From Lytechinus pictus (Eukaryota): a stretch of 64,000 nucleotides of DNA. The stretch lies in assembly GCF_037042905.1 (NCBI RefSeq), contig NC_087252.1, positions 6,078,001-6,142,000 on the forward strand. Reading direction: 5' to 3'. Of the stretch, positions 27,558-40,493 are shown one piece after another. Below the pieces are notes generated by a model. That model was given only the letters and a program-made list of their open reading frames with translations, was not told the origin of the DNA and did not search any database. The first letter of the stretch is position 1. Every line of letters starts with the position of its first letter. Both the position numbers and the translations under genes were made by a program.

Positions 27558-28855
27558 TTAAGGGTGACGTAGAATCAGACGTTTTTGCCATGTTTACTCT
27601 TCCCATGTATAGTGTTAGGAACTGGTTTATATTGGGCTTTATCGCCCTTGGTATTTGTGTAACTGCTAACATCTGTAACGCACCCTGATGTTAAACACGA
27701 GGTCTGACACAAGCCTTGATTTTTGCTTCCAGCTTTTAAAACAATCCCTGGCTTAACCGCGTAATACTAAACATCTGCACATGACATCATCATCTGATAA
27801 AAATGGTGACCCCATTTTCAATCATACAGCCATTGATCAAGATACACCTTTGATAGATTAAACCGGATACCATGTCAAAGCTTTGGCACGTTGGATCCAT
27901 TGTCCCACGCATTGGAATCTGTGTCAGTTAACCAGATGATTGATCTTAATCGAGACAAGACATAATGAGATCAGCTATTAGCACTTTTATATTTACCGGC
28001 CAGCCACGCAGGGTGACCTATAAAAAGGAAAGAAAATACCCATTGTTGTACGAAGATTCGAATTCTAGAATTGTATTTGCAAAGTAGAAGGCTGCTATCA
28101 AAATAATTGATATTTTTGGGGATAATTGTCCTGACGATAAAAGTTATCAAAATCAGTCAAATTATTCGTTATAATCTACCAGAGTTTTTGACTGACATTG
28201 GCTTATGACCACAAACAGAATGAGTAATTTGGCCAATCATTTGTTCTTTAATTTACCTCACTAATCATTGAGAGGTCAATGTTATCAAATTGGCAACAAG
28301 ATGATAGAAAGGCGATTCAAAAACTTCCTACCGCAAAAATTGCAACAAATGTGCATTATCGGTAGCCGAGTGTTATGGAATGAACGGATGTGACCTAAAA
28401 CAAACACAAGGGTTACAAGTCCTCGGCATACAAATATTGTTATACTGGCATCGTATCGCATTCCACTTTCCGTGTAAGATAAACACATTCGAATCTATTT
28501 GCTTCAAGCAGTTTGAACTTAGGGATTGGGGATGAATCAAATATTGGTTTAACTGTAAATAATATCCACGACTGGTCGTCGTGAATCGGTGAATGAGTCG
28601 CTATTCGCATTCTTCGTTGTGTTTGTTTGTTTTCCGTTCTTTGTTTGTGTGGTTTATGTGTGTCTGCCTCTCTCTCTCACTCTTCCCCCTCTCCCACATA
28701 CACTTACCCCCCCCCCCCCCCACATCACACATAACAGTATGCATGTGGAAGAAATAACCAATGCCTTCGAATCATCCGTTCAAGATACTATAAAATGTCC
28801 CACTGTCAAAGTCTTTACTGAAAAGCGCGCCATGATACAGTCACACCCAGATCAG

Positions 28856-29010
28856 GGGCCCGTTTCATAAAGAGTAACAAATGTTATAACTTTGCAGTTA
28901 TGGCAACTACCATGGCAACAGGACTCAGCAGCCAATCAAAATCAAGGTTACCATGGTAGTTGCCATAATGGCAAAGTTACAACAGTTGCAACTCTTTATA
29001 AAACGGGCCC
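28856..29010. mobile_element. Short palindromic Harbinger-type MITE
   Basis: CAG|GGGCCCGTTTCATAAAGAG ... CTCTTTATAAAACGGGCCC|CTG; almost the whole element folds back. Confidence 0.8.
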
Positions 29011-29089
29011 CTGGTCACACCAAGGAAACTGAGTCCAGATCGACACAGCTATAATGTTATCGGTTGGTTGGATCTTCTTGAGTCTTGTC

Positions 29090-29790
29090 TGCCAGGAGCC
29101 TATTATTCATATTATTAAAAACCTTAATGTTCTCCAAGAGAAGTACGATCTTCCATCTCTACTAGATCTTCTGCAGCAAGGTTGCTCGTATATTACATGG
29201 AAGGAAAGAGTAAGACAGGCTGTGGAAAGTAGGGCCCTTGCATCCCTCTCCGAAGAAACCTCCCTCAAGTCGTCCCTTCTTCTGTTCCTTATTATTGACT
29301 TGGTGCTTCCTAATCATGTATTCCTGTCCGACATGTATCCTGCACATCTCCGGGTAGCCATCAATATGAAAGCTCAGCTTCTTACCAGCACTTATCTCAC
29401 CCAAAGTCGACTGTCTTTCAGTTTGTTATTGAATGTACTCATCTTAGAAATAATCTTCTAAAACATCTTCCAGAAGATGCCTTTAAAGTGCTCTCAAGCC
29501 TTTCAAATACAGACTCTTCATCTTCATGTCGCACAAACCAGACTTATCCTCCTTGTTGTCCTTGGCAATGTCTCGTATCAGTTTCCTGACTTTCATCCTG
29601 TTACTCTTCAATTTGTGTATGATATACATTTCTCAAGACAGCGCCTTGTTGATCAAGCTGCTGCAAACAGTGACTAATAATCAGCTTATTATTGTACTAT
29701 GATGTACTGCAACTCAAGGCTTGCAGTTCTCCGGTGAAAGGAGGAATTCAACACAGAAGAAGAAGGAGGAGGATGAAGAGGAAGAGGAGG
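29090..29790 (+). mobile_element. 5'-truncated, frameshifted 3' end of a non-LTR retrotransposon (CR1/L2-group RT ORF C-terminus)
   Basis: Translation has the C-terminal pattern LQEKYDLPSLLDLL..WKERVRQAV..KSSL..RVAINMKAQLLTSTYLTQ. In other frames it continues FVIECTHL and FVYDIHFSRQRL*, then a short UTR and a GAA/GGA-rich tail. Confidence 0.7.
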
Positions 29791-30710
29791 TTTGGACCGG
29801 TTCCGTCAATTTGACTAGAGCATCACCTCCAGTACCGGCCGCTCAAAAACGTCGTAAGAGCTATCAGTGCGCTAACAGAGGACCTGTTACACCGGGTTAT
29901 GTCACAATGATGCCTAATGTCACAACAGCGCGTTATTTACATTACATCTTGGATCGACGTTTGGCATTACAATCCGAAAGATGTGACTAGGCCTACTGCA
30001 CTGCTAGCGTTAAGAACGTTTCTCTGCGGTAGGTACAGATTTACCAATAGTATACTCTTGGTACAGAATCTGCGATGGTATTGAATGATATTCTGCAAAA
30101 GAAAGGGAGGCTGATGTCATACCAAATCGACAGTGACAGTTAAGAATTCAATCACTCATCAGTCTCATTGACCATTCATTATGGTCATTACGATTGCTGT
30201 CCTGTAAACATGCAAACTATTTCATTGCTAATCGAATTAACCCAGGGGGTTTTGTGTCAATCGAAAATCGCAGAGTCGTATATAGTGTTTACAGAGTTAG
30301 GTCACTATAGGGTAGACAAAGGAACGACCAATATAATACTCGGGATACGTTTTTGAGCAATAAAAGACCTTTTTGTGTTCAGTAGTGAAATGAAGGAACA
30401 TAAACATCCAAGGCAAACTATTTATAAAATGTCATCAAATTTTATTTGAATTCTTTCGAACTATTGAATATTAAATCTGAAATATTCGTTAACATGACTA
30501 AGCATCTTTTAACTTTTGCTTATAGCTTTCTAATTGGAAAAATGGCGTAAATCTGCTATTGTTATTATAATAAATAAAGGTGTAAATTATTTAAATAGGC
30601 AGTTTTTTTTTTCTCAAAAAGAAAAAAAAATCCGTAGTTCTAAAGAAAGGTTAAATAAAAATCTTCTGGAGAGTCCTCTAAACTTCGAAAACAATTCAGG
30701 GTGTATGTTA

Positions 30711-30742
<32 letters not shown>

Positions 30743-30962
30743 TATCAATCCGTTTGCCCATGAACAGACGTGTTTTTCAAGACTGTTTCAGAAAGGGATT
30801 TTGAATTCTCTTTTTTGTCACATCATGGGCACTGACGAAGAGTGTGACTTGACCTTTCACTTTTGAGAGCTATGCTCCTTTTAAAATCTACGATTTTATT
30901 TCTACGGCATTTATTAAACCTTTTGTGATTATTTTATTCCTTATGCCGAAGCAGACTATTTC

Positions 30963-30999
<37 letters not shown>

Positions 31000-33590
31000 T
31001 ATTTATTAATACCAATCATAAAGAATCAAAGATTTACCGGATTAAAACAAAACCATTGAACACACAATAAAATGAAAAGACCGGTTAACAAGTATTCTCT
31101 TTTATACATGTTTCATCTCCTTGCCAAGAACTTGGCCTGATACCACCAGTGTTTTCACCGGAAAATAATAAGAGAATGATGAACGTCGATCATAATCAGC
31201 ATACAAATGTAATTTAATACTAAAAATAATGAATATTAACGGCATTTGAAGACAAAACTAGAATAAAGAATAAGATGGTAGCTCCTTCTTTAACAGCAGT
31301 CATAGCATCTACCACAATAATTTGTATTCAATACCAAACGCCGTTACTGATGCAACGGACTCATTATGCTAAACTAATACGAGTCATTAATTCCTGACGC
31401 CGCCCTGCTTCTCCCGACCAGAGAACCATGCTTGACCCTTCCCTGTCGAGCCACGACTCATCACAATGATCATCAACGTAATGGCGACCGTCCAATGACC
31501 ACGACGATTGATACATGTTATTATATGACCTAGTTATTGGTTGACATGCCTTCGGATGGTCGCCATCAAGGAATTGATGGTGTCCATGTGATTTTGATTA
31601 GTAAAGGAGAATCACCATGTCCAGTCTTAAAGGGGGAGTGGACTGGCAAAAACTGTATTTAGTCTCCTATTGAGTGTGTGCTATAACGGCTCGTCTTAAA
31701 ATACATATACATTTTGAGATAGCTATTTGTGATATAGAAGATAAATTTGCCAATATTTTTTTTGTGAATTAGAACTGACATGTTTTTTAGTGGAAAGAAA
31801 CCTGTTTAGATATTTGGTAACATAATAATTGCGAGGTGAATACAATGAATGCATGGAGTAATTAATTCGTGCGTTATCATTAAAATTGACCTATAATACA
31901 AGACAACGCTACTGAGAATGTTGCATTATGGGAAATTAATTTGACAGATATGAGTAGCTCTGGACTTGAGGTGGGGCTATAAAATAAACTGTTGTTTCGA
32001 TTGCCCTTTAAAGGGATTTGGTAAATGTGAAAAATGAGCTCATTCCCATTTTCACTGTTCTTGCTCTAAATATATATATATATGTCTTAAGCTTAGAGAT
32101 TAATTAAAAAAATCGAAATAAGCACTACCATCACGTACTTCAAAGGATTTATGAATCATGTACGTGAATGGAATACCCCACACCCAGGTGGATTCATCTC
32201 TCATAAACTGCAGAGGTAAAACGAGGTCACTCATACACCATTAAAAAATGTGGTAACATTAGCATCTTGCTAATGATGCAATTCATTCATATTCCCGTAC
32301 ATCACCTTGCAGTACAATCAAAGGCCGCAATTCCATAGAATTAATGATTTTTTTTGTCCAAACCTTTACAGGCTTTCAACATGGGAAAAAGATGAGTAAG
32401 CACAAGTCATCTTTGAAACGATAATAAATTAAAAGGGAAACCAAGGGGTTTGATTGGAATTTATTTGTTCCACTCTTGTTTTCATTTAGAATTCGTAATA
32501 ATACATACATGATAAGCGAAGAATAATTGAATTACAATATAAGGTTAAAAACGTAATCATATCTAGAAAAATCAACAACAACAAAGTATTCAATGACTGA
32601 GTACAATCAGTTGAAAAGAGGTTTCTGTGGGGGGAAAAAAGCGCTGGTACCTGAAATGAAAGCAGGGCTGTAATTGTTAGGTCCCTAACAGCATATGAAT
32701 GGTAGCATGATAATTTCTTCTTTTTTCATAAAATGAAATATAGGGTGAATGTGAATTGGCATTTAACATCAAATATGTTACCCCTTTTCACTGCCAGAAA
32801 CACGATTGTTGTTGTTTTTTAGATTTTATTCTCTCGTTACCATTTAAAAATATTCTTCCAGACTTCCCTCCTCTCCTTGCCGCCTTGTATGGCACAAAAT
32901 CAACAAACTCAATTGAATAACTTGAAGATAAATGTATTTCAAGAGCGTTGGATTGACTAGACTCGCATCTATAGCCAAGAGCAATTATGTTCATTTTCAC
33001 CTTAGTTGAAGGCTGTTACGTCATAATGTCACGAAGAAGTAGGCCAATGAAAATGTTATTGCCCAATTATAAGTGTTAAGTGGTTAAGCGGAGCTAGACG
33101 ATTTTTATATCTGACATTTCTCGAACAGAATGGTAGATATCATGATTAGTTTTAATATAATATCACAAAATAGAATGATATCACAGAACCTGTTACTGAA
33201 TAAGTCTGAGATAATTACATTCAATATTTGGTGTGCAATACTACAAGGACATTCGGTACAGTCGTCTTTGATTTTTTTGTGTATATGCGAGAAATAACAA
33301 AACCGTAGATTATATTTTGTTGTTGTTTATTTGTTTGATTTTTATGATAAATGCAAAATGCAATTTAATATGAATTCAGCCATAACTTCACAGTACCCCT
33401 TATTATAAATCTCAGGTATGAGGGAAATTATTTCTTTAGCACAGACATGTCTTATTGATCGTTGATCATAATGACTGAATTTGATTAAAGAAAGTAAGGC
33501 CTGCACAATACGTATATCGAATATACATCGTGTTTAGGCCTGTTAGAGTCATGTGGATGAGGGTGGGTTGGTGTGTGTGTGTGTTTCTTA

Positions 33591-33807
33591 GGTTCTACGA
33601 CATTTGCTCCGGCGACAATTGCTCCGATAGAAAATATGCACATCAAAAGTCAACCATAAAAACTTAACCAACAAAAGTAAATAGGCTCTTATTCTAATCG
33701 TTACATTATTCTGAACCAAAAACTGTATTACAGTCTTAACTTTAATCCTATTCCATCTCATATATGAAAACGGGAGCAAATGTCGAAGAAGCAGAGTCCA
33801 TGCCACA
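33591..33807 (-). mobile_element. Diverged relative of the 26173 MITE family
   Basis: Starts GGTTCTACGACATTTGCTCCGGCGACAATTGCTCCG, the reverse complement of the right end of the 26173 and 58006 copies. Flanks GTTTCTTA / GTTTCTTT (7/8). Confidence 0.7.
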
Positions 33808-34928
33808 GTTTCTTTAGCCTAAATAACGTGAGACAGTACAGCTAAAGTTAAATCTGTATGATTGGCACAAATGTAAGTGGCTATGATCAGGGACATGGTA
33901 ATTCCCTTGATACATGGTTCCACCTTCAATCTACCTTCCCTATTTCCATTAATTCATGTGTGTTGTTCAACCGATAAGACTCGATAGTGATACGAACGTT
34001 ACGAAGTTCTTCATGGAGTTGGTGTCCTCGACATTGATCAAAGATGGCAAGAGACTAAAGAAACTCAACCTTCATCACCGCCAGTGGCTAAGAATGTAAC
34101 GTTATCATGCGGACCATCCGCAGTGTCTATCTATTGTATTCCAGGTGGTTAGATGACGTGCTACCCATGCGACCCTCTTTTCTCCTAGGTTGTCTTTGGC
34201 GTCTAAGGTTTCTGAGGACATCATGCCTATACACGTGGCGCGATAATTGAAATCAAGTGTAACGGACTGGGTAAGCTTTCAGTCTGCATCAAGGTATTAA
34301 TTAACCCATCGCATCTCGGCATCCTGATAACAGCGTTGGTCAACAGATTTTTTAGGATACATTCGATGGTGGTGAGACGCGATGACTTAAGTACTGAACG
34401 GATAATGAAGTTTACTGAAGCAACGGTATTTTCAGTGATCGGAGTAAACTGACCTTCTTGATTGCCTGAGGTGTGTCTTATCTTCGTGAGAAGGATTGGT
34501 TGAACCCTTCATGAAATCGGTAAATGGATATTTTTTTGTGGGCGTCTTCTTCTGGAGACTTGAAAATCGATTTTAAATTTCCCTCATCAAGACAGATGAT
34601 AAAATGCGCATGATGTTGTTCAGAAGTCACGGTGAATAAAGACGAAGTTGACTTTCGTCCTATGTTGAACACTTCTGGATCCGTAACCTAAGAGTAAGTG
34701 ACTAATCTTTAATCAGGTTTCTATGATTAATTTCATTGATTATTGTGTATGATCAATCGTAAGAATCTACTCAACGTTCAGTTGCTAAAAGCTTGATGTT
34801 AAGGGGTCCCGATATTTTACTTAATGCGCGATTATGCAGACGGAATTGTCCTACATAAGGGATTCAGAATACGTTACCCCAGAGTAAGAGAAAAAGAGGG
34901 GCCCTTCGTAACCGAAGTATAGAATCAC

Positions 34929-35118
34929 TATAGCTGCAAAGTAGGGGCAGGGGGTTTATCACCCCCCCCCCCCTATTTTGCAGCTCAGACCAAGCGATTA
35001 GATTTACTACTTGTCTAAGAATTGAGATACACATTGTTTGCAGCTTAATTATTGCAATGGGGGGGGGGTTATTTCGTACCCCTAGGCCTGGATCGGTCCT
35101 CCTTGTTTGCAGCTCTGC
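34929..35118. mobile_element. Possible decayed hAT-like MITE
   Basis: AGCTGCAAA ... TTTGCAGCTCTG inverted ends with internal C and G runs; no clear TSD. Confidence 0.35.
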
Positions 35119-37505
35119 TAATGATTACCTAAACCTTGGCGTGCTGATGGAATAGAACTCTACACAGCTGCATGGCTCGGGGCCTTACAGTGTGCTTGGA
35201 GCGTTATTCACACCGTTCTCATGAAGAGAACCCGTATAGAATGAACAACCAAAACGAAATAAATCTGTTTTTATTCGCGTACTACATGGTTTCTATTGCC
35301 AATGATACAGCCACAGCTAGTTTAGGGGCCTACTTTCCCATTCCATGCGACCTTAAAGATTTGAAGACCTCAAAAAACACCAAACAATCTGTGTCAATAA
35401 CACACAAAACTCATTACCATATTTTTACAATATTTCATAACTAATCCTGATCTGAAAATCTTAAGTTGTTGGTATTTTGATTAATATTTAACCAACCGTT
35501 TCGTTGGTACGAATTTTTCTATTTTCGGCCGACATAACCCTGCATGAGTTTCCTGTGGTGTATCGTGTCTGTATTACCTGGCTTATAAGTTTGTATTTTG
35601 TGTTGGTTGTTCAGGTGAAAATTTGAACCTGTCCAGTTTATTAAAAAGTAAATAAGATAACTACTGATGAACCTTTAATATTTTTGGTTCTTTAAAGATT
35701 GCCGATTCCGGTATTGAATATGTGCGTCAGTATCCATAAACTTCCTCATTTCTAATTCCTTTATCCCACATACCCTATATTAATCAGGACGCGAAATTAA
35801 CTAGGGTTCCACTTTATCGCCCGAGTCACAAATAAAAGGAGAACCGCTTTAAGATGTGATGAAAAAAAAAATAATCCTTTGCTAAGTATTCATTTAATCC
35901 GGATAATACTAAATCAAAATCGAGGTAATCTGAAATGATTTTCGGCTAAGAACCCTAAAATTCTGAATATGAAATCTAGGGACATCAAATTTGCAAATAT
36001 CAGGAATAAATGAATGTGTCTTGTTGCAGTAGGGTTAATGTTAGAAGTGCATATTGAATTCGGCCGAAAGAGTAATTGCAAGGAATACGAAAAAAAAGTT
36101 TAAGTTACTGTCTTTTTTTTTTTGTGCAAACTCTCTGTCTATCTTTCTCTCTCTCGCTCTAATTCTCAGATCTATACGGTACATACACACGTACGCACGG
36201 CGTCACACATAAAACTCATCATCCCCTTTCCACCGCTGGTTTTTTTTTTGTCTTTTTCTTCTTCTTCTTGTATTCCTCATTCTCCACTTCTAGTATGTAT
36301 TACTGGAAAAATGCTTTAAGATATGAAAATCTTTTGCTGTGTTTGCATCAAATCCGGATTATATATAATGAAAATCGAGATCCTTAAAAATGGCACCTGA
36401 ATTAGTAACCTAGAATTCCTAATATAAGCTGAAGGAAATCATGTTAGCAATCTCTCTGAGATTAATGATTTTTTTCGCTTTTTGGAAAGATTTGAATGAT
36501 GAAGATGGGCATTGGCAGATAGACCTAAACACGAAATAAGGGATACAACAGTTTCGATTACCATGTATTTTTCTCCCTATCATTTTTTCTTTCTTCTCTC
36601 TGTCTCTCTCTCAACAAACACACACATACGTCCTCACAAACACAAAAAGTTATCACTCTCATACCATCTATACATCTCTTTTTATTTGCCATGTTTGCCC
36701 TTCCCTCCTTCTCTCTCGGCCCCTCCCCCCCCCCTTCTCTCTCTCTCTCTCTCTCTGTCTTGTCACTGTCAATCTTCTTCCTCACCTCTCCAACAACTCC
36801 CTCTCCCCACAAAAAATAAATCAATCTCCCCTTTTTTTCTCGCCCCCGTTTTCTTTTTTGACCTATTTGTCTCTCCCTTTCTCTGTCTTTACCTCTCACT
36901 CATATCCATATTCTCTCTCACTACAACAGAGTCTAAATTTTCATTCATTTCCTTATATATATATCTCTCTCTTCTCTGCTCTTCTCATCAGCTAGGTCTA
37001 ACAATCTAGATCTAAGTAATTAATCTTCTCGACTGGCTGAGCCCGAAGTAGGATTAACTGGCTAGACTGAATGAGGCATAGGTAGACGTGTGACCATCTA
37101 AATACCTCTATTCCACGAGTCAAAATAATTAATACATTATGCATATCCAGGATGATTTGTTCATTTATACGTTTACGTATAATTTATTCAACATGTTCAA
37201 GTTTATTTAATCTTAAATAATTGGCAGTTCATTTGGCGTAAACTTATCTTTGATATACTCAATATACACAAGTATTTTCCTAGTATACCAATGAGATAGA
37301 AAACTATGAGGCGCCGAATGTACCAATATTATATAGAACAATTATTTGTTATATAATCATTATTTATTAAATAATAACTATTATTTATATATAATTTACA
37401 TTTTATTTGTAAATAACTACTATTATATAAAATATCATTTCTAATTATTTATATATAATTCCAAGTAATACTTCATTATTTGTAAATAATAATAGTTCGA
37501 CATTC

Positions 37506-37863
37506 CATTATTTATAAATAATAATTATTTGTTTTTCATTATTTATAAATAATGATTATTTGTTTTTCATTATTTACAAATAATGATTATTTGTTTTTCA
37601 TTATTTATAAATAATGATTATTTGTTTTTCATTATTTATATATAATGATTATTTGTTTTTCATTATTTATAAATAATGATTATTTGTTTTTCATTATTTA
37701 TAAATAATGATTATTTGTTTTTCATTATTTATAAATAATGATTATTTGTTTTTCATTATTTACAAATAATGATTATTTGTTTTTCATTATTTACAAATAA
37801 TGATTATTTGTTTTTCATTATTTATAAATAATGATTATTTGTTTTTCATTATTTATAAATAAT
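37506..37863 (+). repeat. 31-bp tandem array in left arm (11 units)
   Basis: GTTTTTCA recurs at 37531, 37562 ... 37841 (period 31). The common unit contains the 20-bp palindrome TCATTATTTATAAATAATGA. Confidence 0.95.
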
Positions 37864-39128
37864 TTGTTGAGTTTTCCATTATTTATAAATAATGATTATT
37901 TGTTAAATAATGAAAACGTCTACTTCATTATTTATAAATAATTTTTTCGAGTGCACCATTATTCTCATTATTTATAAATAATCATTATTTAATGTTCGAG
38001 TTTTCCATTATTTATAAATAAAGATTATTTGTTAAATAATGAAATATCTACTTCATTATTTATAAATAATAATTTTGTTTCAATATCCCATTATTTATAA
38101 ATAATCATTATTTATAAACAATTTTTACAGTTTGCCATTATATACAAATAATCATTATTTATATACAAATAACCATTATTTATTAAATAATGCCATTATT
38201 TATTAAATAATGCCATTATTTATTAAATAATGAAAACTCGCTATAACATGCAAATGTGGGACCGCCCATGATATGAATATTCATGATGCGATTTCCTTTT
38301 TCGTGATTTTTCTTCACAAATTTTTGTCCATTTCCTCTTCATAATGACATTTCTTGAAGCAATTTTCTAGGGATATGGTCTGATTGTAATATTCTTCATT
38401 TTCTATATAACTTCGTCTTCGTAGAAATATCAAAAAGTGTAATTTTATACGATTTTTCCTACAGTTCACAATCCCCATAGGCGCGCGTGTACGGTAGGGA
38501 CAACCGGTGAATCGACGGAGTGCTCTTCATCGAAATACTACGTTGGTTGGTCCCCGGAAGTGGCGGGCGGAATTTAGCCCGAATCCTCGATGGAAGTCGA
38601 TCAAGTGCATATGAGCTGAGAGAGTGAAATATCAGTGTACTTGTACAGGCCCTTCTACTTTTTATAAATATTTCTTGTTGCTTTTTTTTTTTGTTAAGTT
38701 AATTTTTCCTGGTGTAGAGATAAGTTTCAGTTCTAATAATGCACTTCAAATACATTTTGGAGTGTCTGTTTGAGGCGTTTGGGGCGATTTTACCCTGGCC
38801 CCAAAATGCTCGCAATGACAATACGGGGGCATGATGACCCCTAAATTTTAAAAAACTTATTTTTCTATTGAAAATTATCACAAAATTCACCAAAAGTGTG
38901 CACGAAAGCCTTCGTATTTCACTTTTAAAACTCCGAAAAGTGCCCAAATGACAAGCTTGGTCGCTTCGCTGTGTCGCTTTCAACTTGAGAACGTTTACGC
39001 GTCTGCTCCCCCCCCCCCCCCCCCCCCTCCTCCGAAAGAAATTCTGCATGTATACGGCCATGCTCTAAAGAGCCTGGCACATTGATTTATGTATACTTTC
39101 ATTTTCATTATTTTTATCTCATTATCAT

Positions 39129-39619
39129 CATGGCCTTACGCAGAATTTTTTCCGGGGGGGGGGGGGGGGTGGGGGGAGCAGGACGCGCGTAAACTTTCTC
39201 ATAAAAATCTTGAGAAAGCGAAGCGACCAAGCTTGTCATTTGAGCTTGGTCGCGTCGCTGTCTCGCTTTCAAGATTTTTTTGAGAAACTTTACGCGCGTC
39301 CTAGCTGCCCCCCCCCCCCCGGTAAAAATTCTGTGTAAGGCCATGATGATAATGTGATAAAAATAATGAAAATGAAAAGTACATATAAATCAATGTGCCA
39401 TATGCTCTTTTGAGCATGGCCGTTCACAGAATTACTTTCGGGGGGTGGGGGCAGACGCGTGTAAACGTTCTCAAGTTGAAAGCGAGACAGCGAAACGACA
39501 AAGCTTGTCATTTGGGCTTGGTCCCGTGGCTGTCTCGCTTTCAAGATTTTTTTGAGAAAGTTTACGCGCGTCATGCTCCGGCCCCGGCCCCCCTGGAAAA
39601 AATTATGCGTAAGGCCATG
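39129..39619. repeat. Core of foldback: two tandem ~205-217-bp mini-palindromes
   Basis: CATGGCC...GGCCATG units at 39129-39345 and 39415-39619, separated by a ~70-bp AT-rich spacer that recurs at 39620-39685 and, inverted, at 39063-39128. Confidence 0.85.
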
Positions 39620-40041
39620 TTGATAATGAGATAAAAATAATGAAAATGAAAGTATACATAAATCAATGTGCCAGGCTCTTTAGAGCATGGCCGTATACAT
39701 GCAGAATTTCTTTCGGAGGAGGGGGGGGGGGGAGCAGACGCGTAAACGTTCTCAAGTTGAAAGCGACACAGCGAAGCGACCAAGCTTGTCATTTGGGCAC
39801 TTTTCGGAGTTTTAAAAGTGAAATACGAAGGCTTTCGTGCACACTTTTGGTGAATTTTGTGATAATTTTCAATAGAAAAATAAGTTTTTTAAAATTTAGG
39901 GGTCATCATGCCCCCGTATTGTCATTGCGAGCATTTTGGGGCCAGGGTGAAATCGCCCCAAACGCCTCAAACAGACACTCCAAAATGTATTTGAAGTGCA
40001 TTATTAGAACTGAAACTTATCTCTACACCAGGAAAAATTAA

Positions 40042-40493
40042 TACCGTGTTTACACTTAATCGGCATTTGAATCGGCTCGCGGTTCTGAACCGTGAGCCGA
40101 TTCAGCATCGGCTTTTTCATAGCGTGTAAACGCGAGCAACTTGAATCGGCTCGCGGTTCAGAACCGGCAATTTGCACCACCAAAGTAGTAGGTTCTGAAC
40201 CGCGAGCCGATGCAGAATCGGCTTTTTTACTACGTGTAAACAGAAAGCCGATTCTGCACCGGCAATTTGTGCGCATTTCAATTACTTACCATTGTGACGT
40301 AATTGTAAGCGCACTGATCCAGCGTTGTCTTTATTATGACGTATATTGTAGGTATGCGTATATCATTTCAGATTTTTGCATCGGCTCGCGGTTCTGAACC
40401 GCGAGCTGTAACAACGTGTAAACGCAATCCAAATGCCGATTCTGCATCGGCATTTGGTTCAGAACCAATTGCCGATTAAGTGTAAACACGGTG
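40042..40493. mobile_element. 452-bp PIF/Harbinger-type MITE inserted in the right arm
   Basis: TSD TAA (40039-40041, 40494-40496). 24-bp TIR (T/C)ACCGTGTTTACACTTAATCGGCA. The left arm shows the empty site with a single TTA at 38699-38701. Confidence 0.93.

Noticed and set aside
37506..37863. 31-bp periodic palindromic repeat as a CRISPR array
   Set aside because: Units are contiguous with no unique spacers, there are no cas genes, and the context is eukaryotic.
38699..40041. Near-identical ORFs 38699..39061 (-) and 39640..40041 (+) as a duplicated gene
   Set aside because: They are mirror images created by the inverted arms, cross G homopolymers of different length, and show no recognisable domain.
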